NCBI GenBank assembly: GCA_013265495.1 | Contig: MU058836.1 | Coordinates: 186,001-250,000 of the forward strand | Reading direction: 5' to 3' | Origin: Vicugna vicugna | Taxonomy: Eukaryota | Length of the DNA: 64,000 nucleotides | Shown: positions 13,567 through 26,240 of the stretch, piece after piece | Layout of the letters: each line of letters starts with the position of its first letter | Numbering within the stretch: the first letter of the stretch is position 1 | Position numbers and translations under genes: made by a program | The notes under the pieces: generated by a model | The model's database searches: none | What the model saw: the letters and a program-made list of their open reading frames with translations, nothing else | Told to the model about the DNA's origin: nothing

Positions 13567-14281
13567 TTCAAATTAGTTCCCTCCGGATATATGCTGAGGA
13601 ATGGGATTGCTGGATCCTATGGTGAGTCTATTTTTAGTTTTTTGAGGAATCTCCATATTACTTTCCATAACAGCTACATCAAGCTACATTCCCACAAGCA
13701 GTCTAGGAGGGTTCCCTTTTTCCCACATCCTCTCCAGCATTTATCATCTGTGGACTCTTGACAGATAACCATTCTGCTTGGTGTGAGATGATACCTCATT
13801 GTAGTTTTAGCAGTACTATATACAATAGCCAAGATATGGAAGCAACCTAAATGTCCATCAACAGATGACTGGATAAAGACATTGTGGTATATTTATACAA
13901 TGGAATACTACTCAGCCACAAAAAAGAATAAAATAATGCCATTTGCAGCAACATCGATGGACCAAGTGAAGTAAGCCAGAAAGAGAAAGAAAAATACCAT
14001 ACGATATCACTCATATGTGGAATCTTAAAAAAAACAAAAGAAAAAAGAGGACACTAATGAACTCATCTACAAAACAGAAACAGACGCGCAGACATAGTAA
14101 ACAATCTTATGGTTACCAGGGGAAAGGGGGTGGGAAGGGATAAACTTGGGAGTTGGAGATTTGCAAATGTTAACAAATGAAAAAATATAAAATGAATATA
14201 TGTACGTCTATGCATGACTGGGACATTATGCTGTACACCAGAAATTGACACATTGTAATTGACTGTACTTCAATTAAAAAA
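13567..14281 (+). mobile_element. 5'-truncated L1 with 5' inversion (twin priming)
   Basis: About 13567-13808 is antisense L1, the rest is sense L1 to the poly(A); TSD aaagacctagctc (13554-13566) / aaagacctatctc (14282-14294). Confidence 0.9.
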
Positions 14282-14569
14282 AAAGACCTATCTCAAACCT
14301 CATTTCTTTAAAATCTCTCCCAACCTCTCAATGAAATACAGTCTCTTACTTCGAGCTCCATAGCTTAATTCTACCTTTCTTATCATCTAGCACCATGCTC
14401 TGTACCTTGTACTAAGTACATGAAAATGTTTGTTGAATAAATAAAGTCCTGGTGTGGAGTGAGTCTTTAAATTATTATATTTGAGATGAGGGTGTGAGGA
14501 CATGGGAAATGCTTCAGACTGAAGCATATTTTCATCTGAACTCATAAACCAGCTCTGATATTTTAGTAG

Positions 14570-15990
14570 TATTACATGTTCAGAAATGTTGCAAGAGCAC
14601 AATGAGATTCTGTATCTTCTTCACCCAGACCTCTCAGTTGTCAACCTTTGGCTGTATATTTTTGTTCCCCACACTCCACACACATAAATTATTTTTGTTC
14701 TTTCTTTGTCCCTTACAAGCAATATATATATATCCCCAAAACAGACACAAACCGTTTCCAACAAAACCCAGGGAACCCATCCAACTCAGGTGATCAACAT
14801 CAATATGGCGCCACAGTATACAGGCCCCATTCCATTGTTACTCTCTCAACAATGTCTCTTTTTCACTTTGTGGTCTAAAATCCAATTCAGTATCATGCAC
14901 TGCACTGAGCTGTTATGTCTCTTGAGTTCCTCCATCCTTTCCAGTCTCTTGAACTTGACAGGATGGCAAGCTTTTCACTTCATAGGATGTCTCTCAATCT
15001 GGGTCCATCTAACGTCTCCTGATGACCAGACCCAGGCATGTATTTTTGGCAGCAAAGCTCTGTTCCTCATGTTATATTCCACGGGGAGGAACTAATGTCA
15101 CTCCACCCAACCCGAAACGATGCCAAACCTTGATCACCTGGTCAAACTGCTTTCTGCCAGATCTCTCCAAGCTACAGTCACCACATTTATCTTTGTGACT
15201 GATATTTTATAGCAAGATATCCCAAACTAGCCAATATCCTATACTTCAACAGCCTCCACCCATCTGCTATAGCATGTGTTAATAATTTCTGCCTGAAACA
15301 GCCACCACCACCATGATGGTTGTCCAATGAGGATTTTCTACATCCCTTATCCCCACTACATCTATCATTTATTAGTTGGTACTTAACTACAAGGAAGAGC
15401 TTTCTCTTCCCTCTCTCCCTCTCTTTCTCCTTCTCTCTCTCTCTCCACTATATACCCAATAATTCCTATTTTCTGCAACAAGAGGCAATCTGTTACAATC
15501 ATTTATTTTAATGTCTTAAATTGCCCTAGATTTGGTCAGCAGGAGCCCTTGATTCTGAAATCCTTTTGACTTGTCCCCATATTCTTCGAGCACTTCCCTA
15601 CTCTCTGTTGCCAAAAATTAGGAGCTCTTGTTACACTTTTCTTGCCCCAGCTCTGGAGTCAACCTTTTTTCCCCAAGGATCCTTGGTTGCATTTAGTGAA
15701 AAGTTCTATTTGGAAAGCAAGATATGGTAGCCTCATGTGCTCATTGCTACTGGAATGGCATTGCTTCTAGAACTTTGAGCAGTCAGAGGTAAGAAATTCG
15801 TGTACATGTATACATGTAATACAGACATTAACACAGGTACATACAGATAGTTACACACATCTATGTCTATTTCTATATGTGGTAGATAGGCATTTCAAAA
15901 TGCAGCTATAAGTTTACTCTAATAGCTCTGATTCCAACCTAACATCTCGGGTTTCTTTCTAGACTTCCCTTTTCCATATTTATAAATTTC
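14570..15990 (-). mobile_element. Old L1 (L1MC-type) 3' region
   Basis: cagaaatgttgcaagagcacaatgagattctgtatcttcttcacccagac...gtgctcattgctactggaatggcattgcttctag antisense L1MC4-like. Confidence 0.7.
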
Positions 15991-17309
15991 TTTTCTGATT
16001 ATGCTCAGTATTGATGCTGATATTAAAAAAAAAACTTGAGAGCAAGAATTTTTCTTGCCTTTGTATTTCACCAGAGAGCTGCAAACGTGTTCAAGATGCA
16101 GAAACTCAATAAATCGGCGCTGTCCTTTAGCGCCTGGGTCATGTAAAACCTTGGCTTTAGTAGTAAAACTACTGACTGGAGAACTTTTCAGGAAATCGGG
16201 AGGCTAGTTGTCTGCCTCGCTGTCTAACTCTCTACCTGGCAATAGACCCTCTTTAATTGGCCTCACAGTCTCCTTAAAATGAGAACTGAAGAAACATTCT
16301 CAAAGTCTCTCTGAGGCTCTCCAGAGACAGGTGCTATATAAATACAAAGAGTAATCATGGCTGCTGTGTGGAAAAATTTCTCCATCGGTCTTGTTCTACA
16401 ATAGACGGAGGATGTTTTCCAGGATCCCTGCTCTTCTCAGGCTGCTAAACAGGTAAGGCGGCTGCAGATGGCGTAAGTCAAAATGAGTTACAAACAACCC
16501 TCAACTTCCATATTTTTTCTCTTTCATTTATTCTGCTTAAGAAAAATACAGGGAATACACGTGAACTTCTGTTGTTACTTAAAAGGGGTCAAACTTTCGA
16601 TTCTGGGGTCAGGTGGGGCGTGCTGTCTGGGGTGAAACAGATGAGTAGAAATGTCCGAGAAGCCTCAATCCAAAGATCTGCTCTCTCTGTCTTTTCTTCA
16701 GCTTTGAGGACACAGAAAATGATTCTCTCTTGCTAAGTCCCTTCATTCGGAAGGAGGAAATTGGCTAAGTCCTGAAGTTTTCCATAAATGGATCAAGTGA
16801 CTTTATCAGCATCGCATCAGGCAACATGCGTAGGATCAGGACTCAAGCAGAGATTGCTACTCTCCCCATTCATCTAATAGCTGCCTTGTGGCCCCCAGGT
16901 GTAGGTTTCATAGGTCACGATTATCCATCGCTGGCTGTATTTCAGTCCACCAAACCTAGAGACATGCATAGACATGATCTCTATTTCTAGCCCTTCCTAG
17001 GCTCACACAGAATAGCCAACATGGAAAAGCCTTCAGAGATCTTCTTGTGTGATTTCCTCATTTTATAGGTAAGAACACAAAGGTGAGAAGATTTGTCCAA
17101 AATGAGTTCTACTCTCCTGTGCTTTACCTCCTCTCCCTTGTATTTGTTTGCCCGCATTTAAAAGCTCTATCTTGGCTAGAGGTCAGCTCTGGATTTAGTT
17201 ACCTTTCCAGATATCGTATTTCCTCCAAATTTTTATGACTCAAAGGAAATGCTACCCCAAGCCTTTCCTCTCACTCAGTCTTACGCTGCATGCATGGAGC
17301 ACACAGGCA

Positions 17310-17700
17310 TGTGGCATAGTACAAAGTGCACTAAAATGACTCTAATCCTGGCTCTGCCACCAACCAGCTGGATGCCGTTGGGCAGGTCCCTTGGACTCTC
17401 TGAGCCTCAGTTTCCTCATCTGTGAGATGAAGGTGTTGAATTAAAATATCCATTTGTGCCACAAACAAACATTGAACAAAACAGAAATGCCCTCTCCAGC
17501 TACCTAGCTGATCTGGTGCATGACATTAGGTAAGGTACCAAATCTATCATGAATTCAGTTTTTGCAACTGTATGGTGGAAGTACCTATTTCATCACTTTG
17601 TTGTGAGGATTAAGGGACGACCAGGTAAATTACCTATAACAGTAACTAACATATATGGCCAGCTCCCAAAAATAGCTCATTGCTTTTGTTATTGTAACTG
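17310..17700 (+). mobile_element. Two tandem MIR fragments
   Basis: aatcctggctctgccac...ctctctgagcctcagtttcctcatctgtga; second copy gttgtgaggattaa. Confidence 0.75.
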
Positions 17701-17769
17701 TCATCATCATCATTATTGCTGTTTCTTCTCTTCTCTCAATCTTTTTTTTTTCTTCTCTCAATCTTGACT

Positions 17770-18075
17770 CATGCTGTTTCCTCTGCTTGACTTGGGGTTC
17801 CTCTCATCTCTTAATCTAGATCCTACCTAGCTTTCAAGACCCAGTTCAAATCTCTTCCACCAAGCCCTCCCTGATGGTCTCCAACTGCTTCCCTCAAGCC
17901 CTCACCCATGGAACTCTGACATGACAACTTTATTTGAACATCATGTGTCCACATATTATCTCTCCGTCTAGGCTCCTTGAGAGCAGCATTTCCATCTGAC
18001 TCATCTTTGAATCCAAGTGCCTAGCACAGAACCAGTACCTTGTAGGGAAGTAGTAAATATTTATTGAATGAGTGA
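17770..18075 (+). mobile_element. L2 3' fragment
   Basis: ctttcaagacccagttcaaat...agtgcctagcacaga...gtaaatatttattgaatgagtga. Confidence 0.8.
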
Positions 18076-18228
18076 GGTATAACATTGCTTAAATAGCAGG
18101 TCTACATTGGTTGTATGAACAGTTGCATTGATTTTACATCAATACACCCAAGAGATTTTTTGCCTGACTGTTGTTAATAAAACAACTGAAGATGTAGACC
18201 AAAAAAATCTACATTAGTGATGCTAAAT

Positions 18229-18410
18229 GTCAGTTCTTAGGTCTATTTAATCTAAATTATCTTTGGAGATCTTTAAATACCTAAGACCTGGTGCCCACCT
18301 TCTAAACATTCTGACTCAGGAGATCTTGGTGTGAGTGGAGGAAAGTCCTAAATCTTTCTTTTCAAAAGGTATCACAATGATTATGACATGGAACCAGAAT
18401 GGAAATGTTC
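18229..18410. mobile_element. MER5-like hAT MITE (degenerate)
   Basis: cctggtgcccaccttctaaacattctgactcag...tgattatgacatggaaccagaatggaaa. Confidence 0.45.
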
Positions 18411-19049
18411 AAATGTCTATTATGTCTTAACCACTTTCCCAAATTTTCTCCCCCAACGCCTGTTTAATTTAAATACATGACCATATAGCCTGAAAGGTTT
18501 TTTTTTTTGCTCTTTTTATGTTCATCACAATCAATATTTTCTGTCCACATTGAGGGTCGTCAATGAATGAGACATTCATTAAGAGTGAGCATATTGGAAA
18601 GATGCGATGTTCTAAATGGCAAGAGATGCAAATTCTAGAATACACTAAGCCAAATAGGTATGAATTTGAATAACCTACTTGGCCTCTCTGGGTTTTAATT
18701 TCTCCACTTTTAAAAGCAGAGCAGTTATTATAATGGCAGCATGAAGCTAGCTTGGAGATCTTGGGGTCAGCTTGGCTATTCAGCATTAATGAATGATGCC
18801 TGACTTTGCTAGATACAACTCTGTCATAAATGAAAACATTTTAAGGGTATCATGGAAGCAGACTGGGAAAACATTGGTTTTGGCAATGACTTTAGAAGGG
18901 CAGGAGGTTTGCTTCACTGTCTGGAAGTAGAATCAACAGCTTTGTGTATAAACTGTGCTCTGAGCCACAGAATTCCAAAAGCCCACTCTGGGACCCCTTT
19001 ATGGTATAGGGGTTGGAGAAGTGCTAATGGTAATTCACGTCCAACCATC

Positions 19050-19530
19050 TCTATCAGCTACAGCCCTTTTGGTTGCAAGTGACAAGAGACACAACTCAAA
19101 TTATTTTAGGCTAAAAGAACTTGCAGCTGAGCTTTGGGAATAGCCGGACTTAAAAACTCCCATGTTGGAAAAGCTCCCCATCCCTTGTCTCTGCTGCTCT
19201 CTGGATATTACCCATGTGTGCTCAGCCAGCTGCCTCCAGACAGCAGGCATCATGACTGATACTTCTACGTTCAGCTTTGCTCACCAAAGACAGACTGTCT
19301 GTTTCCTTGTTCCAACTTGGAAATTCCTGGGGAAGGACCTGGTCTGGCTTGGATCACGGGCCCACATCCTGAACCAATCATCCAAGACCGTGGAAAACAA
19401 GCACTCTTGAGTGTCAACTCCGATGAATGTTGCAAAGTTTAAGTAAGAGGGGAAGCAATTTCCCCCTAAAGGGGGTGCTACTCCCAGAAAAAGAATGGGT
19501 GCTGGGAAGGCCAAACAATCAGTGTCCACT
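19050..19530 (-). mobile_element. MaLR LTR (MLT1K-like)
   Basis: cttttggttgcaagtgacaagagacacaactcaaatt is the antisense MLT1 3' end; ctggcttggatcacgggcccacatcctgaaccaatca is internal. Confidence 0.65.
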
Positions 19531-19619
19531 GCACTGCCCGACAGACGCTTAGGTGGATGTGTAAGACGAGCATTGTCAGCTAGCCAGCTCTGCGGAATCG
19601 AACATCATGAAACACATCT

Positions 19620-19800
19620 CTGTCCTCTCGCCAGCTAGCTGTGTGACCTTGGGCCACATTCATCATTCGTCTCTCTGCATTGGGATTACTTATATGGGTG
19701 ACTATCTTCTCTACTTGACCAGGGTTGTTTCGAGATCAGACCGCAGGTATTATCATACTAACATCTGCAGGACCCAGTACAAAGTCTGGTCTGGAATAAT
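19620..19800 (+). mobile_element. MIR SINE
   Basis: ctagctgtgtgaccttgggcca core. Confidence 0.55.
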
Positions 19801-19821
19801 TACCTAACGTTATGTTGCGGG

Positions 19822-19945
19822 ATTTTTTTTTAATTAAAAAAAATTTATTATTTGTTTATTTATTTTAATGGAGGCACTGGGGATTAAACTCAGGACCTTG
19901 TGCAAGCTAAGCACGTGCTCTACCACTGAGCTATACCCACCCTGC
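19822..19945 (-). mobile_element. tRNA-Ala-derived SINE (camelid Vic-1-like)
   Basis: Minus strand gggtatagctcagtggtagagcacgtgcttagcttgcacaaggtcctgag...cctcca plus A-rich tail. Confidence 0.9.
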
Positions 19946-20185
19946 CGTGGGTTTTTTGTTTTAACCATGTACAAGCTAAGTTTTTGATGCAGCTTACTGA
20001 GATATTTACAACAATTATATATACTTTTAATAAAGAAAATAAGGTGAAGGGAATATAAACAAATGGGAAGAAAAGATAAATCTAAGTGCATACCATAAAA
20101 TCCTGTTACAAGGCAATGATGACACATTTGCCTTGAAGCTTCCTAGCAGTCGGAATAAAGATGGAAGATAGAGACATTCTATAAT

Positions 20186-20385
20186 TAGGGCTGCCAGATA
20201 TTGCAAAAAAAAAAATCATAATAATAGGATGCCAAGTTAAATTTGAATTTCTGTTTTTTAACAAATGGATCACTTTAGTATAAGTTGTTTCATCTGATAT
20301 TTGGGACATACTTGTGCAAAAAAATTTATTGTTCATCAAAAAATCAACTTTCTCTGGGTTTCCTGTGTCTTACCTGGCAATACGA
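20186..20385. mobile_element. MER53 palindromic DNA element
   Basis: tagggctgccagat...ggatgccaagttaaatttgaattt...ttgggacatactt...ctggcaa; TSD tctataat / actataat. Confidence 0.85.
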
Positions 20386-21092
20386 ACTATAATAATGCTT
20401 TCCATACCCAAAGCAACAAACCAGTTGCTCAGGTGAAATAGGGTTTTCCCCAACACCAGATTTCCCCTAGTAAAGTTCCTAATAGAGGAGATTAATGAGG
20501 TGCTTAATGCTGCTTAATTAGCTGAGCTCCCCCAAGCTCTCCTGGTCTTGGTTTTCCCCTCTGTACAATGCAGGAATTTGACTCCACGATCTATAAGTTT
20601 CCTCCTGGCACCAACACCTTATGATTGTTCCAGACTGTGATTTTCCATGCCTGGGCTGTGCTTTTTGACTAGAACAGCCCTGTTGGAGCCAAAGGCTACT
20701 GACCAGAGCACTTTGATTTTGTTGAGCTCTTTACTTTACCCAGGAAGCTGACTACAGCCGTGCTCTGATTCCCCCAAAGCTTTCATTGCGACTCCAGCTG
20801 GTGGCTCCAGCACCCACCCTTGAAGAGACCAGAGACAACTTCCCTTTCTCTTTCATTGTACGCGTGCATTTCACTATGGAACCCGTGCGCCCAGCAGTGG
20901 CTGCTGCTCTCCTGAGGAAAGGTTAACTGAAGGCTGGAGTATGTGTACTTCTAAGGAAGCACAGAGGACTCAGGGAAACAAAGCAACTTATCCCAGGTGG
21001 CGAGGCCAGTAGTCACTGAGCAACAGCTCACATCCAAATTCGACAGCCTTTCCACCATATAATGCTGTCTTATAAAAAAGTTAACAGCAGAG

Positions 21093-21841
21093 GAGAGGGT
21101 GTAGAGAAAAGGGAACCCTCCTACACTGCTAGTGGGAATGTAGTTTGATGCAGCCACTATGGAAGCCAGTATGGAGATTCCTTTAAAAAAAACAACTAAA
21201 ACTAGAGCTACCATATGGTCCAGCAATGCCCCACTCCTGGACATATATTCAGAGAAAACTTTAATTCTAAAAGATGCATGCACCTCAATGTACACTAGCC
21301 AAGACATGAAGACAATCTAAATGTCCTTCAATAGATGACTGGATAAAGAAGATGTGGAGTGTATATATATACACAAAAATGGAACACGACTCAGTCATAA
21401 AAAGAATGAAGTCATACAATTTGCAGCAACATGGATGGACCTAGAGATTATGGTACTAGGTGAAGTAAGTTGGACAGAGAAAGATAAATATCATATGATA
21501 TCACTTGTATGTGGAATCTTTAAAAAATGATACAAACAAACTTATTTACAAAACAGAAAGAGACGCATGGACATAGGAAGCAAACTTACAGTTAACAAAG
21601 AGGAAAAGGGGTGAGGGAGGGATAAATTAGGAGTTTGGGATTAGTAGATAAAAACTACTAAATATAAAATACATGAACAGCAAGGTCTTAATGTATAGCA
21701 CAGGGAACTACATTCAGTATCTTCCAATAACCTATAATGAAAAAGAATATGAAAAGGAATGTGTATATATGTATAACTGAATCCCTATGCTGTACACCCG
21801 AAACTAACACAACAGTGTAAATCAAACATACTTCAATTAAA
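21093..21841 (+). mobile_element. 5'-truncated L1 3' end
   Basis: ORF2 C-terminus and 3' UTR with poly(A); TSD aaaaaagttaacagcagag (21074-21092) / aaaaaagtgaatagcagag (21842-21860). Confidence 0.92.
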
Positions 21842-22099
21842 AAAAAAGTGAATAGCAGAGCCTGTAAGAAGTCTGCTCAGTTTTCCACAGTGAGACCTAA
21901 AAAATTATTTTTTTAACTGTGATTAGAACTTGTTGCTCTAGGAAAGCTTGCCAAGTTTAGATTCATTTCTTTACCCACAATCTTACTGGGATTATTTTGA
22001 AAGCGGGATGATTGAGAAAAGAGTGTCTGGAAAATCCTCTCTCCTCTCTGGAATCAAACGTTTTCTGGTATCACAGTCCACACTGGTGATTTCAGTGGC

Positions 22100-22520
22100 A
22101 AAATGGCAGACTTGCAAGCTCAGAGCTCCAGGCTGTTCCTCCAACCTCTGCACTTGGCTTCTGTCTGACCCAAGATGTCCTAACTCAGCAGTCACACAAC
22201 CGTTTGCATTTCCCCAAAGGCACCACACTCTCCCACACTCCAGGACTTTGAGCCCTTCCCTGTCGCTTTGAAGATCTAGCTCAAGAGTCACCACTTCTGG
22301 GAAGTCTTTCCTAATTCCTTTGATCAGAGCAGACATTGCCAATCAGCTCGGAGTGCCTACAGCTTTTATTTACTACACCAGATTACGATCCTTGGTTCAT
22401 ACATCTCTCCTCCAGGAAATCATAAACTCCTTCAACAAAGGTTTCTTTTCTGTCTATGTATCCTAGCATTTAACGTAGCACCTCACGAGCTGGAGCTCAG
22501 TAATTCTTTGCTGTAAGGAG
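22100..22520 (+). mobile_element. L2 3' fragment
   Basis: gatctagctcaagagtcaccacttctgggaagtctttccct; tail gagctcagtaattctttgctg. Confidence 0.7.
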
Positions 22521-22554
22521 GGAAGAGGAAAAGAAGGAACGGGTGGTATCTTTC

Positions 22555-22745
22555 TTGCTACTAACTACTCTATATAGATTAAACAACAAGTTTCTACTAT
22601 GTAGCACAGGAAACTAAATGTAATATCTTGTAGTCACCTATAATGAAAATGAATATATGTATGTATATGTATGACTGAAACATGATGCTGCACACCAGAA
22701 ATTGACACAACATTGTAAACTGACTGCACTTCAATTTAAAAAATA
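22555..22745 (+). mobile_element. Short L1 3' UTR fragment
   Basis: caccagaaattgacacaacattgtaaactgactgcacttcaat shared with the other young L1 ends in the window. Confidence 0.85.
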
Positions 22746-23543
22746 GAGGGGAAAAAAAGAGAAAAAAAGAAGATGAATGAAGGGAGATAGGGAGGAAGAA
22801 AGAATGTTCTTTGCTGTCTCCAGAAGGAAGAGAGCCCAATGACGTTTTCTTTCATTATAATTCTCTGGGTGACTTCTTTTAAGAGTTTCATTTGTTTGTA
22901 GGCTTTATACATAATCAATCTTCATCAGTTCCAAGTGTTCTTAAGGACTGAAGCATTAGGATTATGACTTCTAATTGTCTGAACTGTGCCGTGATGTCTG
23001 ACTCAGGGCTGGAGACTCTTTGGGAGGAAGCATATTATTGTCTGTATCAGCGTCTTCTTCGGTTTGTCTTGTTTGTTTGCACTTTCAGGCACAGGCTCAG
23101 TGAGCTCCACATAATATAAAGACAAATGCAGTTAAGGCGATTTGGCAGTGTCACTCGCTCCCACATCAGGTCAAGCCGCCGAGTCCTGCCAATGTTCCCT
23201 CCTACATTTTTTTTTCTCATACTGTTTCATCTTCTCCAAACCCCAGCCATGCACTGGCCCAGGCTCTCCAACCCTCCCATCTGAACTGCTGCCACAGCTG
23301 CTTTGCAGTCAGTCGCTCCCCATGCTTCCCCTCCTCTGCCTCGTCCTCTGCCTAGACACCAGAATGAGCTTTCCGAAACTCAGTCTTAAATTGCTTCATT
23401 GTCTTCACTGCTCTTCATCACTGACAAAATAAATTTCCAAAGCTTAATTGGAAAAGGAAACCTCTGTGTATCATATGACGTCCCATAATTTGTTCTCAAC
23501 GCTGCCCATTCCGATCATCTTCAGACCCCAAACAATTACCATC

Positions 23544-24067
23544 TGTATTAGTTTCCTGAAGCCTCTGTACCAAAGTACCGCAGACTGGATGACTAAATGA
23601 CAGAAATTCATTGTCTTATGAATTCCAGAGGCTAGAAGTTGGAGATCAAGGTATTGATTCCTTCCGAGAGCCATGAGGGACAAATTCGTTCCAGGTCTCT
23701 CTTTGGCTTGTAGGTGGTCGCCTTCTCCCTGTGTCTTTTCTTTCATTTTATTTTGTATTTATTTTTTTTTTAATGGAGGTACTGGGAATTGAACCCAGGA
23801 CCTTGTACATGCTAAGCACGCTCTCTACCACTGAGCTCTACCCACGCCCCCTCCCCCTGTGTCTTTACATTGTCATCCCTCTCTATGTGTCTGTTTCCTC
23901 TTCTTAGAAGGACACCACTCAATATGGACTAGGGTCCACTCTAATGACCTCAATTTACCTTGACCAACTCTGTAAAGACCCTATTTCCAAATAAGATCAC
24001 ATTCTGAGGTATTGGGGATTAGGACCTCAACATAGGAATTTGGGGGGATGCAGTTCAACCCATGACA
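23544..24067 (-). mobile_element. MaLR solo LTR (MLT1B-like)
   Basis: tgtattagtttcct...gaccctatttccaaataagatcacattctgaggt...ttcaacccatgaca; TG...CA ends. Confidence 0.85.
23739..23854 (-). mobile_element. Vic-1-like tRNA-Ala SINE
   Basis: tRNA-Ala-like head on minus strand; perfect TSD ccctgtgtcttt (23727-23738 / 23855-23866). Confidence 0.92.
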
Positions 24068-24416
24068 TCACCCTCCAGTCCCTTTCATACTCCCATGTGT
24101 TTGTACATGCTGGCCCATTTGCTTGGAATATTTTTTTTTACCACCAACTCCTCAATTTCTACAGGTAGAGCTGATAAACTAAATTTTGTATTTCTCCTCC
24201 TTCTTGTTCACCATTTCCTTACATTCCTCATAGTCTCTCTTCCAATAAATGAATGATAGTTGTTTCCATGTCTGTCTCCTCATGTGTCTCTTCCCTCCTC
24301 TCTCGAGGGCAGAGGTGATCTAATTTGTTGTTTTGTTCCCAGGGCCTAACACAGTTCCTGGCACATAGTAGGATAACTAAGTGTTTGAGAAAAACTGAAT
24401 TAGAAATTGTGAGCCA

Positions 24417-25288
24417 ACAATGAGGTATCACCTCACACCAGTCAGAATGGCTATCATTCAGAAGTCCACAAACAATAAATGCTGGAGAGGCTGTGGAGAA
24501 AAGGGAACCCTCCTACACTGCTGGTGGGAATGCAGTTTGGTGCCGCCATTATGGAAAACAGTATGAGGATTTCTTTAAAAACTAAAAATAGACTTATCAT
24601 AGGATATAGGAGTCCCATTCCTGGGCATATATGCAGAGAAAACTCTAATTCAAAAAGATGCATGCACCCCAAAGTTCACAGCAGCACTATTTACAATAGC
24701 CAAGACATGGAAACAACCTAAATTTCCATCAATAGATGACTGGATAAAGAAGTTGTGCTACGTATATACAGTGGAATATTACACAGCCACAAAAAAGAAT
24801 AAAATAATGCCATTTGCAGCAACATGGATGGGCCTAGAAATCATCATTCTATGTGAAGTAAGCCCCAAAGAGAAAGAAAAATATCATGTTACTTATATGT
24901 GAAATCTAAAACAATGATACAAATGAACTTATTTACAAAGCAGAAACAGACTTACAGACATAGGAAACAAACTTATGGTTACCGGCAGCAAGGGAAAGAG
25001 AAGGTTGGAGGGATAAATTGTGAGTTCAGGATTTGCAGATACTAACCACTATACATAAATTAGATAAACAACAGGTTTCTTCTGTATAGCACAGGAAACT
25101 ATATTCAATACCTTGTAATAGCCTATAATACAAAAGAATATGAAAAGGAATATATATATATATATGAACCATTATGCTGTACACAAGAAATGAACACAAC
25201 ATTGTAAACTGACTATACTTCAATTAAAAAATAAAAAATAATAAATAAATAAATACGAAGGCAATAGGAAAAAAAAGAAAGAAAAAAA
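24417..25288 (+). mobile_element. 5'-truncated L1 3' end
   Basis: ORF2 C-terminal relic, 3' UTR and A-rich tail; TSD-like gtgagcca on both sides. Confidence 0.9.
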
Positions 25289-25299
25289 CTGGTGAGCCA

Positions 25300-25537
25300 G
25301 AGGAAGTGACACATAAGCTGAGTCCCACAGGAAGTCTAAAAATTATCCCAGTGAAGAAAATGAGGAAGAGCTTTCCAGGCCTGTCCAGAGAAGTGAAGCA
25401 ATACGGTGCATCTGTGAAACTATTAGTATACAAAGTAATGGGTAAGAAATTACAGGACATATGGCTAGAAATGGAGGCAGAGGCAGTTTAGGAAGGGCTT
25501 GAGTTAAAAATTTCTGTACCTGATACTCACTCATTCA

Positions 25538-25572
<35 letters not shown>

Positions 25573-26240
25573 TATGTTACGTACTGACTTCCTAGTATAA
25601 CATGTTTTAAATAACTGAAAAGGTTTAAGCAAGGAAGTGACATGGTCACATTTGTTTATTAAGATGTGAATGTTGGCTGCCAAGTAAAGATAGATTGTAG
25701 ACAGTCCAGGCTGGAAACAGGGAGGCCATTGAAGGAGCTGTTAGCCTGGCCCAGGCCAGAGATGGTCAGGGAATGACCCAGAGCAGACATGACAGAGATT
25801 GAGAGGAGCGGGGTGGTTCCCAGGGATACTCAGCAGATAAAATGGATAAATGGATGATTGCCTGAACACAAGAGGGAGGAAGGAGAGGATAAAGCCCTGG
25901 TCTGGCTGGTGACTGGGTGGATGACAGAGCCGTTCTAGACACTTCAAAGACAGGGGAGAAGCACTTGGAATGAAGTTAGGGGGTACCGTGGGGGAGGGGA
26001 CGAGATATGGAGGACAAAAAGTTCTTTTGAATTACAGGTGCTCAAGGGATATGCAACTGGAGAAGTGGGTAGATGTTCCATTCCTGCCAGTCTAGAACAT
26101 GAGAGAGGCCTTAGCTGGAGATGTGGACACTGGAGTCATCTCCATAGACAGTATAACTGAAGTCGTGGAATTAGATCCCATAATCCAGGGAAAATGTACA
26201 AAGTGAGCAGCAGTAAGTACTAAGGATGGACCCTGGGGCC
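25300..26240 (-). mobile_element. L2 fragment
   Basis: ggtttaagcaaggaagtgacatggtcacatttg and gctggagatgtggacactggagtcatc antisense L2 motifs. Confidence 0.7.
25541..25569. repeat. (CA)n microsatellite
   Basis: About 14 CA units. Confidence 0.95.

Larger units (their letters stand above)
23150..24400 (+). mobile_element. L2 fragment interrupted by MLT1B and a SINE
   Basis: L2 body resumes after 24067 and ends cagggcctaacacagttcctggcacatagtagg. Confidence 0.65.
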
